From contig CM075998.1 of assembly GCA_038087875.1 (NCBI GenBank), positions 4,776,001-4,840,000 on the forward strand: 64,000 nucleotides of DNA. The letters run 5' to 3'. The notes under the pieces were generated by a model. It had not been told where the DNA came from. It searched no databases and worked only from the letters and a program-made list of their open reading frames with translations. Position 1 is the first letter of the stretch. The number at the start of each line of letters is the position of its first letter. This document shows positions 11,906 to 23,899 of this stretch, one piece after another. The position numbers and the translations under genes are program-made. The stretch comes from Malacoraja senta (lineage: Eukaryota).

Positions 11906-12300
11906 CACAGAGTGCTGGAGTAACCCAGCGGGTCAGGCAGCATCTGTGGAGAACATGGATAGGTGACGTTTCACAGAGTGCTGGAGTAACTCAGCGGGTC
12001 AGGCAGCATCTGTGGAGAACATGGATAGGTGACGTTTCACAGAGTGCTGGAGTAACTCAGCGGGTCAGGCAGCATCTGTGGAGAACATGGATAGGTGACG
12101 TTTCACAGAGTGCTGGAGTAACTCAGCGGGTCAGGCAGCATCTGTGGAGAACATGGATAGGTGACGTTTCACAGAGTGCTGGAGTAACTCAGCGGGTCAG
12201 GCAGCATCTGTGGAGAACATGGATAGGTGACGTTTCACAGAGTGCTGGAGTAACTCAGCGGGTCAGGCAGCATCTGTGGAGAGAATGAATGGGTGACATT
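11906..12300 (-). repeat. 66-bp tandem array derived from the Penelope terminal repeat
   Basis: About 6 units of CACAGAGTGCTGGAGTAACTCAGCGGGTCAGGCAGCATCTGTGGAGAACATGGATAGGTGACGTTT. Confidence 0.95.
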
Positions 12301-13059
12301 TTGGGTCGATACTCTTCAGCAGTTCAATCAGTTTAAATCACATGTGATCAACCATGATCACATTGAATGGCGGTGCTGGCTCGAAGGGCCGACTCCTACA
12401 CCTATTGTCTATTGTTTAAACTGACTCCGGACTGTCAAAGCTGCCACAGCCAGACATAAAAACAGTTTTTATCCACGAGTAGTTGCTCTACTCAACAGCC
12501 AAAAATAGTAAGATTAAACGAGAACTTACCAGTTTGAAGTTTGATCTTTATTTTATGAGGAGTTACGTTGGTGATGACGTGAAGAAGACCCGTCAGGGCG
12601 CCTGCGCGTCAATCTTCAAAGCAGCGGTGTGAAATCACAAAACACCAATAACGAAGTAACATAGTAAAAACGAGTAAATTTAAGAACTTCCATCTGACCT
12701 TTATGAAAGAGGGTTGGCCGTGGTGGGCACGTAATCACCAACGTAACTCCTCATAAAATAAAGATCAAACTTCAAACTGGTAAGTTCTCGTTTAATCTTA
12801 CTATTTTACTTCGGAGTCACGTGAGTGACTACGTGAAGACTTTAAAGCTTTGTGATTTCATGCCGCAGATTCAAATCCCGGCTTCTCACTGCATTGATTG
12901 ACTCGGAACGAGAAATAATCAATAATGCATTAATGACCTTTGCATGAAAAAATGCAGTAATTAATTTATTTGAATAATAGAATTAACAGTATCCCCTTTA
13001 ACCCAGGGGAATTTAAGCAGAACTTAATATAGTATCTGCAAACAGCCCCGTCTTGGCAA

Positions 13060-13950
13060 TAGGCCGATGGTAAAAGTGTTGAAACACCAACTTATTAGAT
13101 CACCCGGCGGCTGCGAGAATATGGTCGACAGGACGTCCTTCACCCTGGTCGCCAATGTTGCTGCTAAACTGAATGGGATGTAAAAACATCACTGTTAACA
13201 CCTGCAGCAACCAAGACTTGTTTTAACCATCTTGAAATAGTCTGAACTGACACTATCTTGTATGGTTTTTCGTGAATGATAAACAATCTTGTTTTCATAT
13301 TTGATAAGACTTTTGTAGCCTCAATGTATTGCAACAAATATGTCTTAACGCATAGACATGGATCCATGGAATATGCTAATAAAACACTCTTGAATCCTGT
13401 CACACCTGATCCTACTTCATTTGAGTAGGTCATAAATGTAAAACATAACATTATCGTGAGGTACTTCCATCCTGTGTATCTGTAACTTTTGTAATGTCTG
13501 CACTCTCTGTGCTTGTTACAAGTGCCATAGGCATGACTACCTTCATGCTGAACTTGGCCAAAATCAGAATCGTACCAAGAGTCCATTGATGAAGTAGCTT
13601 AAAACCACTCTATATTCCAGATTGTCATACCTAGGTTTAGAAGGTCTGGAATTAAAATTCCTTTCATTAATCTGGAAACGAAAGAACGAGACTCAACAGG
13701 ATGTCTTTCCGACCCCATCAATAAAAAACGAGGACAATGTACTTCTGGCTGAATAAATCGAACTATAACTCAACCCCTCATAATAGAGTGTTGAGAAAAC
13801 CCAAGACATTTGAGACATGTGCCGTACAACATTCAATATTCTTTTGTACACAGAAAATTTCCCCATTCTTTACATAATGGGAAAGCAGCATTTACAGTCA
13901 CAACCTCAGATTCGCAAATGTACTGCTTTTGAGTGCTCTTCCGCCAGACT
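13060..13950 (-). pseudogene. DIRS tyrosine recombinase remnant
   Basis: LFIIHEKPYKIVSVQTISRWLKQVLVAAGVNSDVFTSHSV (ORF 13164-13586) resembles the YR catalytic region; frameshifted. Confidence 0.8.
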
Positions 13951-15800
13951 GCTGTAAGCATGTCCACAGTATGCCCAGACAATCCTCTTTTTAAAACCTG
14001 CAAATTAACAGATCCATACAGGCATATAACGGATGTTACTCTCCAATTATCAGATACACCAGTAAATCGCTTCTTTTGGGAACCTTTATCAGAAACTGTG
14101 TCATTAATTCCAATATCAAAGGGAACCATGGCTGCGTAGACCAGTCCGGTACCACCAGTACCCCAGAGGCAGCATCCTGCTTCATTTTAAGCAGACACCA
14201 GTTTATGAGACAGAATGATGGAAAATGCATATAAAAACATACCACCCTAATGTAGCGAGAAAGCATCAATCGCTACTGTCTCCCGATGTAGTTCCCATAA
14301 CACATATCTCTGTAACTGGTGATTGAGTCTGGATGGAAACAAGTCATATCTGGCTTCCCAAATCTGACTACTATATCATTAAAATCTTAAGATTCAACAT
14401 CCATTCTTTGTTATCATGGGAATTCCTGTAACCTGGTGTCTGCTACTATATTGAATCTACCTGGTAGATAAATAGCTGAAACCAAATATTTGTCAACACA
14501 CCAAGTCCAGATTTGATAAGCCAATTTGTCACATGACACCAACTTAATTCCACCCATACAATTAATACATGCCATTGCTGTAGTATTGTTAATTTGAAGC
14601 TGAACATGCAGATTAGTTGTAGTAACAACAAGCTTGGAGCTCATAAGCCTTCCAACAGCTGTAAAACGTTGATTCTCCATGTCTGCAAAAAATAATGCCT
14701 CTTCCATATTCCAACTGTCCACAGATGGATACCATTTTAGTGGCACCAATCCTAGTGCACTGACATCAGTCTGTAAGACCATGGAAGGCTGTTCAATCAG
14801 TATCTTGCTCGAACTACTGGAGACATGTTAAATCCACCACTGCAAATCAGAAGCAGCATTTGTTGTCAAAATGGCCACCATGCATCTTAGTGCCTTTTCT
14901 TTTTGCAGTCTGTAGCTGCTCGTAGTACAATGGCCCATATTGTATTGCTGGAAATAACACTAATTTTCCTATCAAGCTGGCCACCAGTCTTAATTGAAGA
15001 TTGTTGCTTTTTCAACAGCTTAATACAACCATCAATCAGCTCTACCCTTTACCCTGGGTAAAATTACTACCATGTCAATTGAATCAATTGTGAAATTAAA
15101 ATAATCAATTGTTGTAAGTGGCGTTAACCTTGATTTCTCTGGATGAATTAAACCCCAAACTTTCAAAAGTGGATTGAACAATTGAGAGAGATAACTCACT
15201 AATTCTCTTGTTCGTCCTAATTAGGACATCATCCAGTTAAGCCATCAACATCTGTCCTTGGACTCTAATTAGCCCCAAAATTGGTTTTACCAATTTAGTG
15301 AAATTCTAGGAACTGAAGTTAACCCATTAGACAGAAATTTGAATTGCCATAATTGTTTCATTCAGATAAATTTCAAATATTTTTATCTTACAAATGAACA
15401 GACACTGAGTAATATACATCTTTCAGGTCTATAGGTGCCATATAGCATCTTTTAAAATAAGTTGTTTGGCAGTCTCAAAGTCTCCATTTTGAAGTGTCTA
15501 TACTTCACAACATTTTAAAGACATGTCAGATCTAAAATACTCCTCACCTTTTTAGGTCGAGAAAATTTAAACACAATTTGGTGGTTTTGATAAACCAACC
15601 TTTCAATTACTTGTTTATAGACAAGTTTTCAAATTCAGCTTGAACCTCCATCACTTCTTTTTGTGAAATTGGAGTGTTCTGCTAAGAACATGCTGGATGG
15701 CAAATCACTATTTTGATCGAATCAATTCGAAACCTTTGAATAATACTCAGAATAATAAATCTGAAGTAATTTGCTTCCAATATTTGGCTGTTTTTGCCTT
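13950..15800 (-). pseudogene. DIRS RT / RNase H / adenine-methyltransferase-like remnant
   Basis: IDLKDVYYSV, FLSNGLTSVPR, LDD; TDVSALG, NNTTAMACIN..GG, YLPGRFNIVAD; DLFPSRLNHQLQRY..DAFS, FPSF, VVPDWSTQPWFP. Confidence 0.85.
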
Positions 15801-17509
15801 AATATGTTCCCATGAGAACCAGGTCCACCTACCTCCTTTGTCACCTGAGTGACCTGTGGTCCCTGGCTCCTGACTCCTTTTTCGTGTTTCCGCTGCAGGA
15901 CGCCAACTGCGCCCCTGCTTCAATGGTCGACTTGTTCCTGGTGTAGGCCCAGGATTTTGTATGATGTCTGAAAGGATACCTCCTCTTCGCAGACTTACCG
16001 ACCATCGATGTTTTGATCAACCTTGCTGTTTTTGCCTCATCATGTAACTCTTTCCCACGTTTCATGAGGTTTTTTCTCTGAAGAGTAAGTTAAGTGACTG
16101 TACATTGCTGGGCTTTACAGAGTTGCTGCAACTTGGGGTTGATGGTGGGCCGAATGGCATACTTCCTGAAACAATTCATCTCGAAGTGGGCGCTACATAG
16201 CAACCCTAGTGCCACTTGATGCATCTCCATCCCTGGCCTCCATCCATTGTTTTTGCATAAATGCAGTTGTTCCTCAACCCAGCAGCTTCAATATTCTCTG
16301 CAGTTTTATTTCTTAGGCTCACATGCCCTCGCTCATCTGACCCCTTATATCTTGGTTCACTGCTAGTACTTTCATCAATACGCAGTTCCTTGGGGTCTCG
16401 TGCTTTTTTTTGGCATTTTCATCCATCGTAAGCTACTGGAGCTGATGGAAGACACAATAGTTGATCGTAGAGGCCACTTCCTCTTCCAGTGGCTCTCCTG
16501 ACTCTGACGGGGCAGCGAATCGTACTGCCAGGAGTAGAACATCTGGCAGCTGCCGTCTTCGCTTGTATCGGCCTCACCGTCAGACTCAGGGTCAGAACTC
16601 TCACAGAGCAGCGAATCGTACTGCCAGAAATAGAACATCTGGCAGCTGCCGTCTTCGCTTGTATCGGAGAACTCTGCTGACCCTGTGCACGCGCCTCATC
16701 AATGAGGGTGCTCTCAAACAGCCCTTTACTAGGTGCTGCTGACCTGGCTTCTGCAGCCTGGCTCTGACATCACTCCTCCTGGAGTATGTCTTGTTGGAGC
16801 AACCTGTGTACAGGTTCTCCATTTGGAATATCCACTCAGAAAGTGGCATCCAGCCTTGGAGGTGAATCCCAAACTGACTCTTGCTCCATGGACCTGACTT
16901 GCATGTTGGCTAGCGCCCAACTGACGCTGGCTCCGTTCTTTTACTAAGTACACAAGTGCACAGTCGCCCCGCTCCCAGCCGGCGACTGTTACAGGGGTAT
17001 GAGGCAGCCCTTCACCAACCGCGTTCCCGCAGCTCTCTATCGGCTTTGCGGCTCGCCTCTTGCCCTAGCCCGTTTTGTTCATGGTGCCTGGGAAAAAATC
17101 GCAACAGACCACCACAGCAAACGGAACTAAAAAACTCCCCAAAAGTGTTTTACTTATCTTGGAGTTGTAAAAACTACATTCCACTAGAGGAGAGAGCTCC
17201 TCACGTCCGTGAGCGGCAATGCGTCTGACGTAATGACGCGCATGCGCCCTGACGGGTCTTCTTCACGTAGTCACTCACGTGACTCCGAAGTAAAATCTGT
17301 AGCCTCCCTCTGATCTGGTATTTTGTTGGTTCACCTGCTTGATCAATGGTGTTTTATCATTAATGTTTTAATATTAGTCATGTTTAGTGTTTTCTGAGTC
17401 ATTCGTAACTGTCACTGTATGTCATGTTGATACTTGTGGGTGGAGCACCAAGGCAAATTCCTTGTATGTGAATACTTCGCCAATAAACTTACTTACTTAC
17501 TTACTTACT

Positions 17510-18925
17510 CAATGTGATCATGGCTGATCATCCCCAATCAGTACCCCGTTCCTGCCTTCTCCCCATATCCCCTGACTCCGCTATCTTTAAGAGCCCTATC
17601 CAGCTCTCTCTTGAAAGCATCCAGAGTGTACAAGCCCAGCCGCTCCATTCCCTCAGCATATGACAGTCCCCGCCATCCCGGGAATTAACCTTGTAAACCT
17701 ACGCTGCACTCCCTCAATAGCAAGATTGTCCTTCCTCAAATTAGGGGACCAAAACTGCACACAATCTCCAGGTGTGGTCTCACTAGGGCTCTGTACAACT
17801 GCAGAAGGACCTCTTTGCTCCTATACTCGACTCCTCTTGTTATAAAGGCCAACATGCCATTCACTTTCTTCGAGAGAAGTGAGTGTGGGAGTCCCGGCAT
17901 AATATAATTATCCCCTTAGAGTACTGGACCACATTCTGAGAAGGCTTCTCATTGCAAATTCGTCACGATCCGACAGTCAAATACTAAATAAAGCGCGGGC
18001 ACAGATTTCTTCTATAACCATTGGTCACTTCTTACTGAGCTTGTTGAAGTTTCAATGCCGAAGCCTTTCAAACGTGATGAACTATATTCGAGTTTGACCC
18101 ATCCTCGTATAGAAATTAGATCACGGCGCACCTGTATTTAGGCGATTCAATCCACTCTGGACTTCCAGTAACTTCTGGACAAAAGAAAGGCAGATGCAAG
18201 GAATAGATCGGGTAGACGCACAGAGTCTCTTGCCCAGAGTACGGGAATCGAGAACCAGAGGACATAGGTTCAAGGTGAAGGGGAAAAGATTTAATAGGAA
18301 TCTGAGGGGTAACTTTTTTCACACAGAGGGTGGTGGGTGTATGGAACAAGCTGCCAGAGGAGGTAGTTGAGGCTGGGACTATCCCAACGTTCAAGAAACA
18401 GTTAGACAGGTACACGGATAGGACAGGTTTGGAGGGATATGGACCAAACGCAGGCAGGTGGGACTAATGTAGATGGGACATGTTGGTCGGTGTGGGCAAG
18501 TTGGGCCGAAGGGCCTGTTTCCACACTGTATCACTCTATGCGAAGTAGTAAAGATAATTTGGTTCACTATACTCATGCATAATGAAAGGCCTGGATAGAG
18601 TAGATGTGGAGAGGATGTTTCCACTAGTGGGAGAGTCTAGGACCAGAGGCCACAGCCTCAGGATTAAAGGACGAACCTTAGAAAGGAGATGAGGAGGAAT
18701 TACTGTAGTCAGAGGGTGGTGATTCTGTTGAATTCTGTGGAGGCCAAGTCATTGGGTATTTTTAAGGCGGAGATTGACAGGTTCTTGATTAGTACGGGTG
18801 TCAGGGGTTATGGGGAGAAGGTAGGAGAATGGGGTTAGGAGGGAGAGATAGATCAGCCATGATTGAATGGTGTAGTGGATGGGCTGAATGGCCTAATTGT
18901 GCTCCTATGTCTTATGTTCATATGA
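17510..18925. mobile_element. Cluster of CR1 3' fragments (17510-17870 -, ~18200-18540 +, ~18580-18925 +)
   Basis: Homology to the 3' end of the CR1 at 29181-32367. Confidence 0.8.
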
Positions 18926-18989
18926 TCCCATGTTATGCCTGATGCGTTTCAAAGATGTTGTTATTTGACATCACACGAGTGGGAAAACA

Positions 18990-19312
18990 TTGGGCAGCAC
19001 GGTGGCACAGCGGTAGAGTTGCTGCCTCACAGCGCCAGGGACCCGGGTTCCATCCCGACTACGGGTGCTGTCTGTACGGAGTTTGCACCTTCTCCCCGTG
19101 ACCTGCGTGGGTTTTCTCCGGGTGCTCCGGTTTCCTCCCACACTCCAAAGATGTTCAGGTTTGTAGATTAATTGGCTTGGTGTAATTCTAAATTGTCCCT
19201 AGTGTGTGTGTAGGATAGTGTTAGCGTGCAGGGATCGCTGGTCGGCGCGGACTCGGTGGGCTGAAGGGCCTGTTTCCATGCTGTAACTCGAAACTAAGCT
19301 AAACTAAACTAA
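18990..19312 (+). mobile_element. HE1-like V-SINE, near full length
   Basis: A/B boxes, V-domain, GAAGGGCCTGTTTCC tail and (CTAAA)n. Confidence 0.9.
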
Positions 19313-19896
19313 AAGCACACACATACACACACGCACACGCACACGCACACGCACACGCACACCCACACACACTTAACCACATGTGGTGCAGATTGTAGAA
19401 TGGAGCTCGATTCGGACCAAGTTGCTAAAACAGACCCTTGGAAGAGTCTGAAAATGACACAGAATGATTGTTTTGCGATCTGATGGCAAAATTGGACCAA
19501 TGATCCTGGCTACGGGGAGGAGTTCCTGATTGATATACAGCCCAATCCAGTGTAATCTGTGCCTTGTGGCAATGGGGGACCCTCCACGGAGATAATTTGA
19601 GATGTTCCTGCCGGAATGCCTGTGGTATCTTCACTGCAGGAAATGCATCCATGTGGGGATTTTAAACTTTAACCCTCCCCTTCCTGCCTCACCCATTAGA
19701 GTCACCTCACTGAGGCCGAACAGCTGGGCTACAAATATATCGCCAAGTTCCGCAACATCCACATAGCTAGGTGTGACTTCCCATTCAGATTCTCCCCCAG
19801 TAAATATTCTGATAGTAGTTACTGTGATGCTCTGTAATCCAGCTGCCGTTAGCCTTGACTTTTGAAATGGAAAGCAGTGTGTATCGCATTATGCTT

Positions 19897-21902
19897 AGGG
19901 CATCACGGTGGCGCAGCGGTAGAGTTGCTGCCTCACAACGCCAGAGACCCGGGTTCCATCCCGACCACGGGTGCTGTCTGTACGGAGTTTGTACCTTCTC
20001 CCTGTGACCTGCGTGGGTTTTCTCCGGGTGCTCCGGTTTCCTCCCACACTCCAAAGACGTGCAGGTTTGTAGGTTAATTGGCTTTGGTCAAATTCTAAAT
20101 TGTCCCTAGTGTGTGTGTAGGATGGAGTTAGTGTGCGGGGATCGCTGGTTGGTTCGGACTCGGTGGGCACTACCTGAAAACAGGACCTTTGGCCCACCGA
20201 GTCCGAACCAACCAGCGATCCCTACACACTAACGCTACCATACACACACTCGGGACAATTTTACATATTTAAAAAATATGCCAAGCCAATGAGCTTACAA
20301 ACCTGCACGTCTTTGGAGTGTGGGAGGAAACCGTACAGTGTGGAAAAACGTACAGGCTTGTTGGTTATTTTTTTTAGTTTAGACATACATTGTGGAAACA
20401 GGCCCTTCAGCCCATCGGGTCCGTGCCGACCAGCGATCCCCGCACACTAACACTATCCCACACACACACTAGGGATAGTTTACACTAATGTTTACATCTT
20501 TACTGAAGCCAATTAACTTACATCTTTGGAGTGTGGGAGGAAACCGGAGCACCTGGAGGAAACCCACGCAGGTCACGGGGAGAACGTACAAACTCCGTAC
20601 AGACAGCGCCCGTAGTCAGGATGGAACCCAGGTCTCCGGCGCCGTGAGGCAGCAACTCTACCGCTGCGCCACCGTGACCCCCTAAAAATGTTGTAGTTTC
20701 TTCCAGAAGGCAGGAACGGTGTCAGTCACAATGGAATATGTCTGCTAGTCTTAGACCACTTTACTGGGGGCAATACTGTGGCTATTTACACACAGCGGTA
20801 GAGTTGCTGCCTTACAGCGCCAGAGACCCGGGTTCGATCCCGACTACGGGTGCTGTCTGTACGGAGTTTGTACCTTCTCCCTGTGATCTGCGCGGGTTTT
20901 CTCCGAGAACTTCGGTTTCCTCCCACACTCCAAAGACGTGGAGGTTTGTAGGTTAATTGGCTTGGTAAATTGGCTTGATAAAATGTAAAATTGTCCACGT
21001 TGGCGATATGCAGAGTACTGCCCAGCCGACTACAAAATTCAGAAGGTTCAGACGGCTCAGAAGGTTCAGAAGGTTCAGAAGGTTCAGAAGGTGTGTGTAA
21101 GATAGCGCTAGTGTGTGGGGATCGCTGGTCGGCGCGGAATCGGCGGGCCGAAGGGGCCTGTTTCCACCCTGTATCTCTCAACGAAGCCCAACATGCCTGG
21201 GAGTTGTGTGAAAGAGGATTTGACACTAGTGACCACCTTCAGAGCCTGCATTGGGCACCGTGGCCGCACGTGTGGCGGTGCAGGGTTGTCAGGGGTTACC
21301 AGCGTATGGCCCAGCCCTGCTTCTGATGGGTGAACCCGGTTCAGTTCCCACTCCGCAATACGCGTCTGCTTGGAGATGTTCCACCACGCTGCATGTTTCG
21401 CATTAGTGGCGCATTCCAGAGAGAATAGTTTATTTTGAATTGATTTCCATGGGAAAGAATGCAGCAAACGGACCTCCTCCCCCCGATCTGTTGGGCCCAG
21501 AGCAACGTTGAATGCAAACCCGTAAACAAGTCCCATGCCTTATGATATCTCCAAACGGGCTGTCACGGTGGCACAGTGGTAGAGTTGCTGCCTCACAGCG
21601 CCAGAGACCCGGGTTCCATCCCGACCACAGGTGCTGTCTGTGTGGAGTTTGCATGTTTTCCCCGTGACCCGCGTGGGTTTTCTCCTGGTTCTCCGGTTTC
21701 CTCCCACGCTCCAAAGACGTACAGGTTTTTACCGAAGCCAAATTAACCTACAAACCTGTACGTCTTTGGAATGTGGGAGGAATCCGGAGCACCCGGAGAA
21801 AACCCATGCAGGTCACGGGGAGAACGTGCAAACTCCGTACAGGCAGCACCCGTAGTCGGGATGGAACCCGGGTCTCTGGCGCTGTGAGGCAGCAACTCTA
21901 CC
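19897..21902. mobile_element. Cluster of HE1-like SINEs (19897-20170 +, 20180-20335 -, 20375-20682 -, 20790-21185 +, 21558-21730 +, 21730-21902 -)
   Basis: Repeated tRNA head, V-domain and tail in both orientations; a (GAAGGTTCA)n tract at ~21040-21092. Confidence 0.85.
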
Positions 21903-21969
21903 CTGTCTGTGCAGACTCTCAGTGTTCTCCATATCTGGCTTCAACTCGAGCCTGATGCACGTTAATGTC

Positions 21970-23050
21970 GGAGAGGGTCCAGAGGAGGTTTACAGAATGA
22001 TCCCAGGAATGAGTGGGTTAACCTATGATGAGCGTTTGTCGGCACTGGGCCTGTACTCGCTGGAGTTTAGAAGGATGAGCGGGTACCTCATTGAAACTTC
22101 ACCGAACAGTGAAAGGCCTGGATAGAGTGGATGTGGAGAGGATGTTCCCACTAGTGGGAGAGTCTAGGACCAGAGGGCACAGCCTCGGAATTAAAGGGTG
22201 CTCTTTTAGGAAGGTGATGAGGTGGAATTTCTTCAGCCAGAGGGTGGTGAATCTGTGGGATTCATTGCCAAGTCAGTGGGTAATTTTAGAAAGACATACA
22301 GGTCTGTAGGTTAATTGGCTTCGCTAAACTTATAAACTGTCCCTAGTGTGTGTGGATAGTGTTAGTGTGCGGGTATCGCTGGTTGGCGCGGACTCAGTGG
22401 GCCAAAGGGCCTGTTTTCGTGCTGTATCTCTAAAGTCTAAAGAATGGTGGAGCAAGCTCGATGGGCTGAATGGCCTAATTCTGCTCCGATATCTTACGAT
22501 CTTAATGAGTTTGGGTCAGGCAAGGCCTGGTTTGACTCATTACTTTATAAACGATCGTTCTCCCCTGCCTAATATAGTTGGGGAGCTCATCTGATACACC
22601 TTAGTGTGGGGAAGGAACTGCAGATGCTGGTTTAAACCGAAGATAGACGCAAAGTGCTGGAGTAACTCAGCGGGTCAGGCAGCATCTCTGGAGAGAAGGG
22701 ATTTTCCCTTGGGTACCCCGGTTTCCTCCCACACTCCAAAGACGTACAGGTTTGTAGGTTAATTGGCTTCGGTCAAATTGTAAATTGCCCCTAGTGTGCT
22801 CAATAATGTTAGTGTACGGGTGATCGATGGTCAGCGTGGGCTAGGTGGGCCGAAGGGCCTGTTTCATAGATACATAGTTACATAGAAAATAGGTGCAGGA
22901 GTAGGCCATTCGGCCCCTCGAGCCTGCACCGCCATTCAATATGATCATGGCTGATCATCCAACTCAGTATCCCGTACCTGCCTTCTCTCCATACCCCCTG
23001 ATCCCTTTAGCCACAAGGGCCACATCTAACTCCCTCTTAAATATAGCTGT
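21970..23050. mobile_element. Mixed CR1, SINE and Penelope fragments
   Basis: CR1 RFTRMIPGMSGL-type remnant, SINE tails, and a GGAACTGCAGATGCTGG Penelope end. Confidence 0.75.
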
Positions 23051-23290
23051 AACTCTCAAGACTAAACGAAACTCCTTAAGTCAATGAAACTAAATTACCA
23101 AACTACTACACTACTAGACTAAACTAAACTACAAAACGAAACGAAACTAAATAACTGAAGTAAACTAAACTAAACTAAATAACTAAACTTAAGGAAAGGC
23201 AGTGTTTAAGAAGGAACTGCAGATGCTGGAAAATCGAAGGTAGACAAAAATGCTGGAGAAACTCAGCGGGTGCAGCAGCATCTATGGAGC

Positions 23291-23562
23291 GAAGGAAATA
23301 GGCAACGTTTCAGGACGAACCCCAGAAGGAAATAGGCAACGTTTCAGGACGAACCCCAGAAGGAAATAGGCAACGTTTCAGGACGAACCCCAGAAGGAAA
23401 TAGGCAACGTTTCAGGACGAACCCCAGAAGGAAATAGGCAACGTTTCAGGACGAACCCCAGAAGGAAATAGGCAACGTTTCGGGACGAAACCCAGAAGGA
23501 AATAGGCAACGTTTCGGGACGAAACCCAGAAGGAAATAGGCAACGTTTCGGGCCGAAACCCG
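23291..23562 (-). repeat. 34-bp tandem array within a Penelope-derived foldback (23205-23615)
   Basis: About 8 units of GAAGGAAATAGGCAACGTTTCRGGACGAAMCCCA starting at 23291, 23325, 23359 and so on. Confidence 0.95.
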
Positions 23563-23899
23563 GAAGGGTTTCGTCCCGAAACGTTGCCTATTTCCTTCGC
23601 TCCATAGACGCTGCCTAACAGACCGTGTTTGTCACGATCCCGCAGCTCCGCCCGTTTGACCTTCCCTCTTTAGGTCATTGAGAAGGCAGGACGTGTTTTA
23701 AGTTCGTATATAAGGCTGGGGTTACGTCATTGGAGACCGACTCAGTGAGGCGATCGATGGCTGCGCTGGTGAAGGGTGCCATGGCATTCCTCGGCGAGCA
23801 GCAGCCTAGCTTTCCCAGCACCATGGCCAATATGCTTCCCTCAACATCCAACACAGAAAAATCCCGGCCACCCCCTCCGGTTGCTGTTTACACGGCGTT

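Larger units (their letters stand above)
12502..17296 (-). mobile_element. DIRS1-type tyrosine-recombinase retrotransposon, full structure, ORFs decayed
   Basis: Inverted terminal repeats (~12575-12610 vs ~17235-17270); internal complementary region ~12728-12840 matching both ends; RT (IDLKDVYYSV, A*LDDVL), RNase H, methyltransferase-like and YR remnants in DIRS order; splits a Rex1 3' UTR. Confidence 0.92.

Noticed and set aside
11906..12300. CRISPR-like appearance of the 66-bp and 34-bp arrays
   Set aside because: Units are head-to-tail with no unique spacers, there are no cas genes, the context is vertebrate, and the units derive from Penelope ends.
18990..19070. tRNA genes
   Set aside because: The tRNA-like A/B boxes are SINE heads followed by a V-domain and a CR1 tail.
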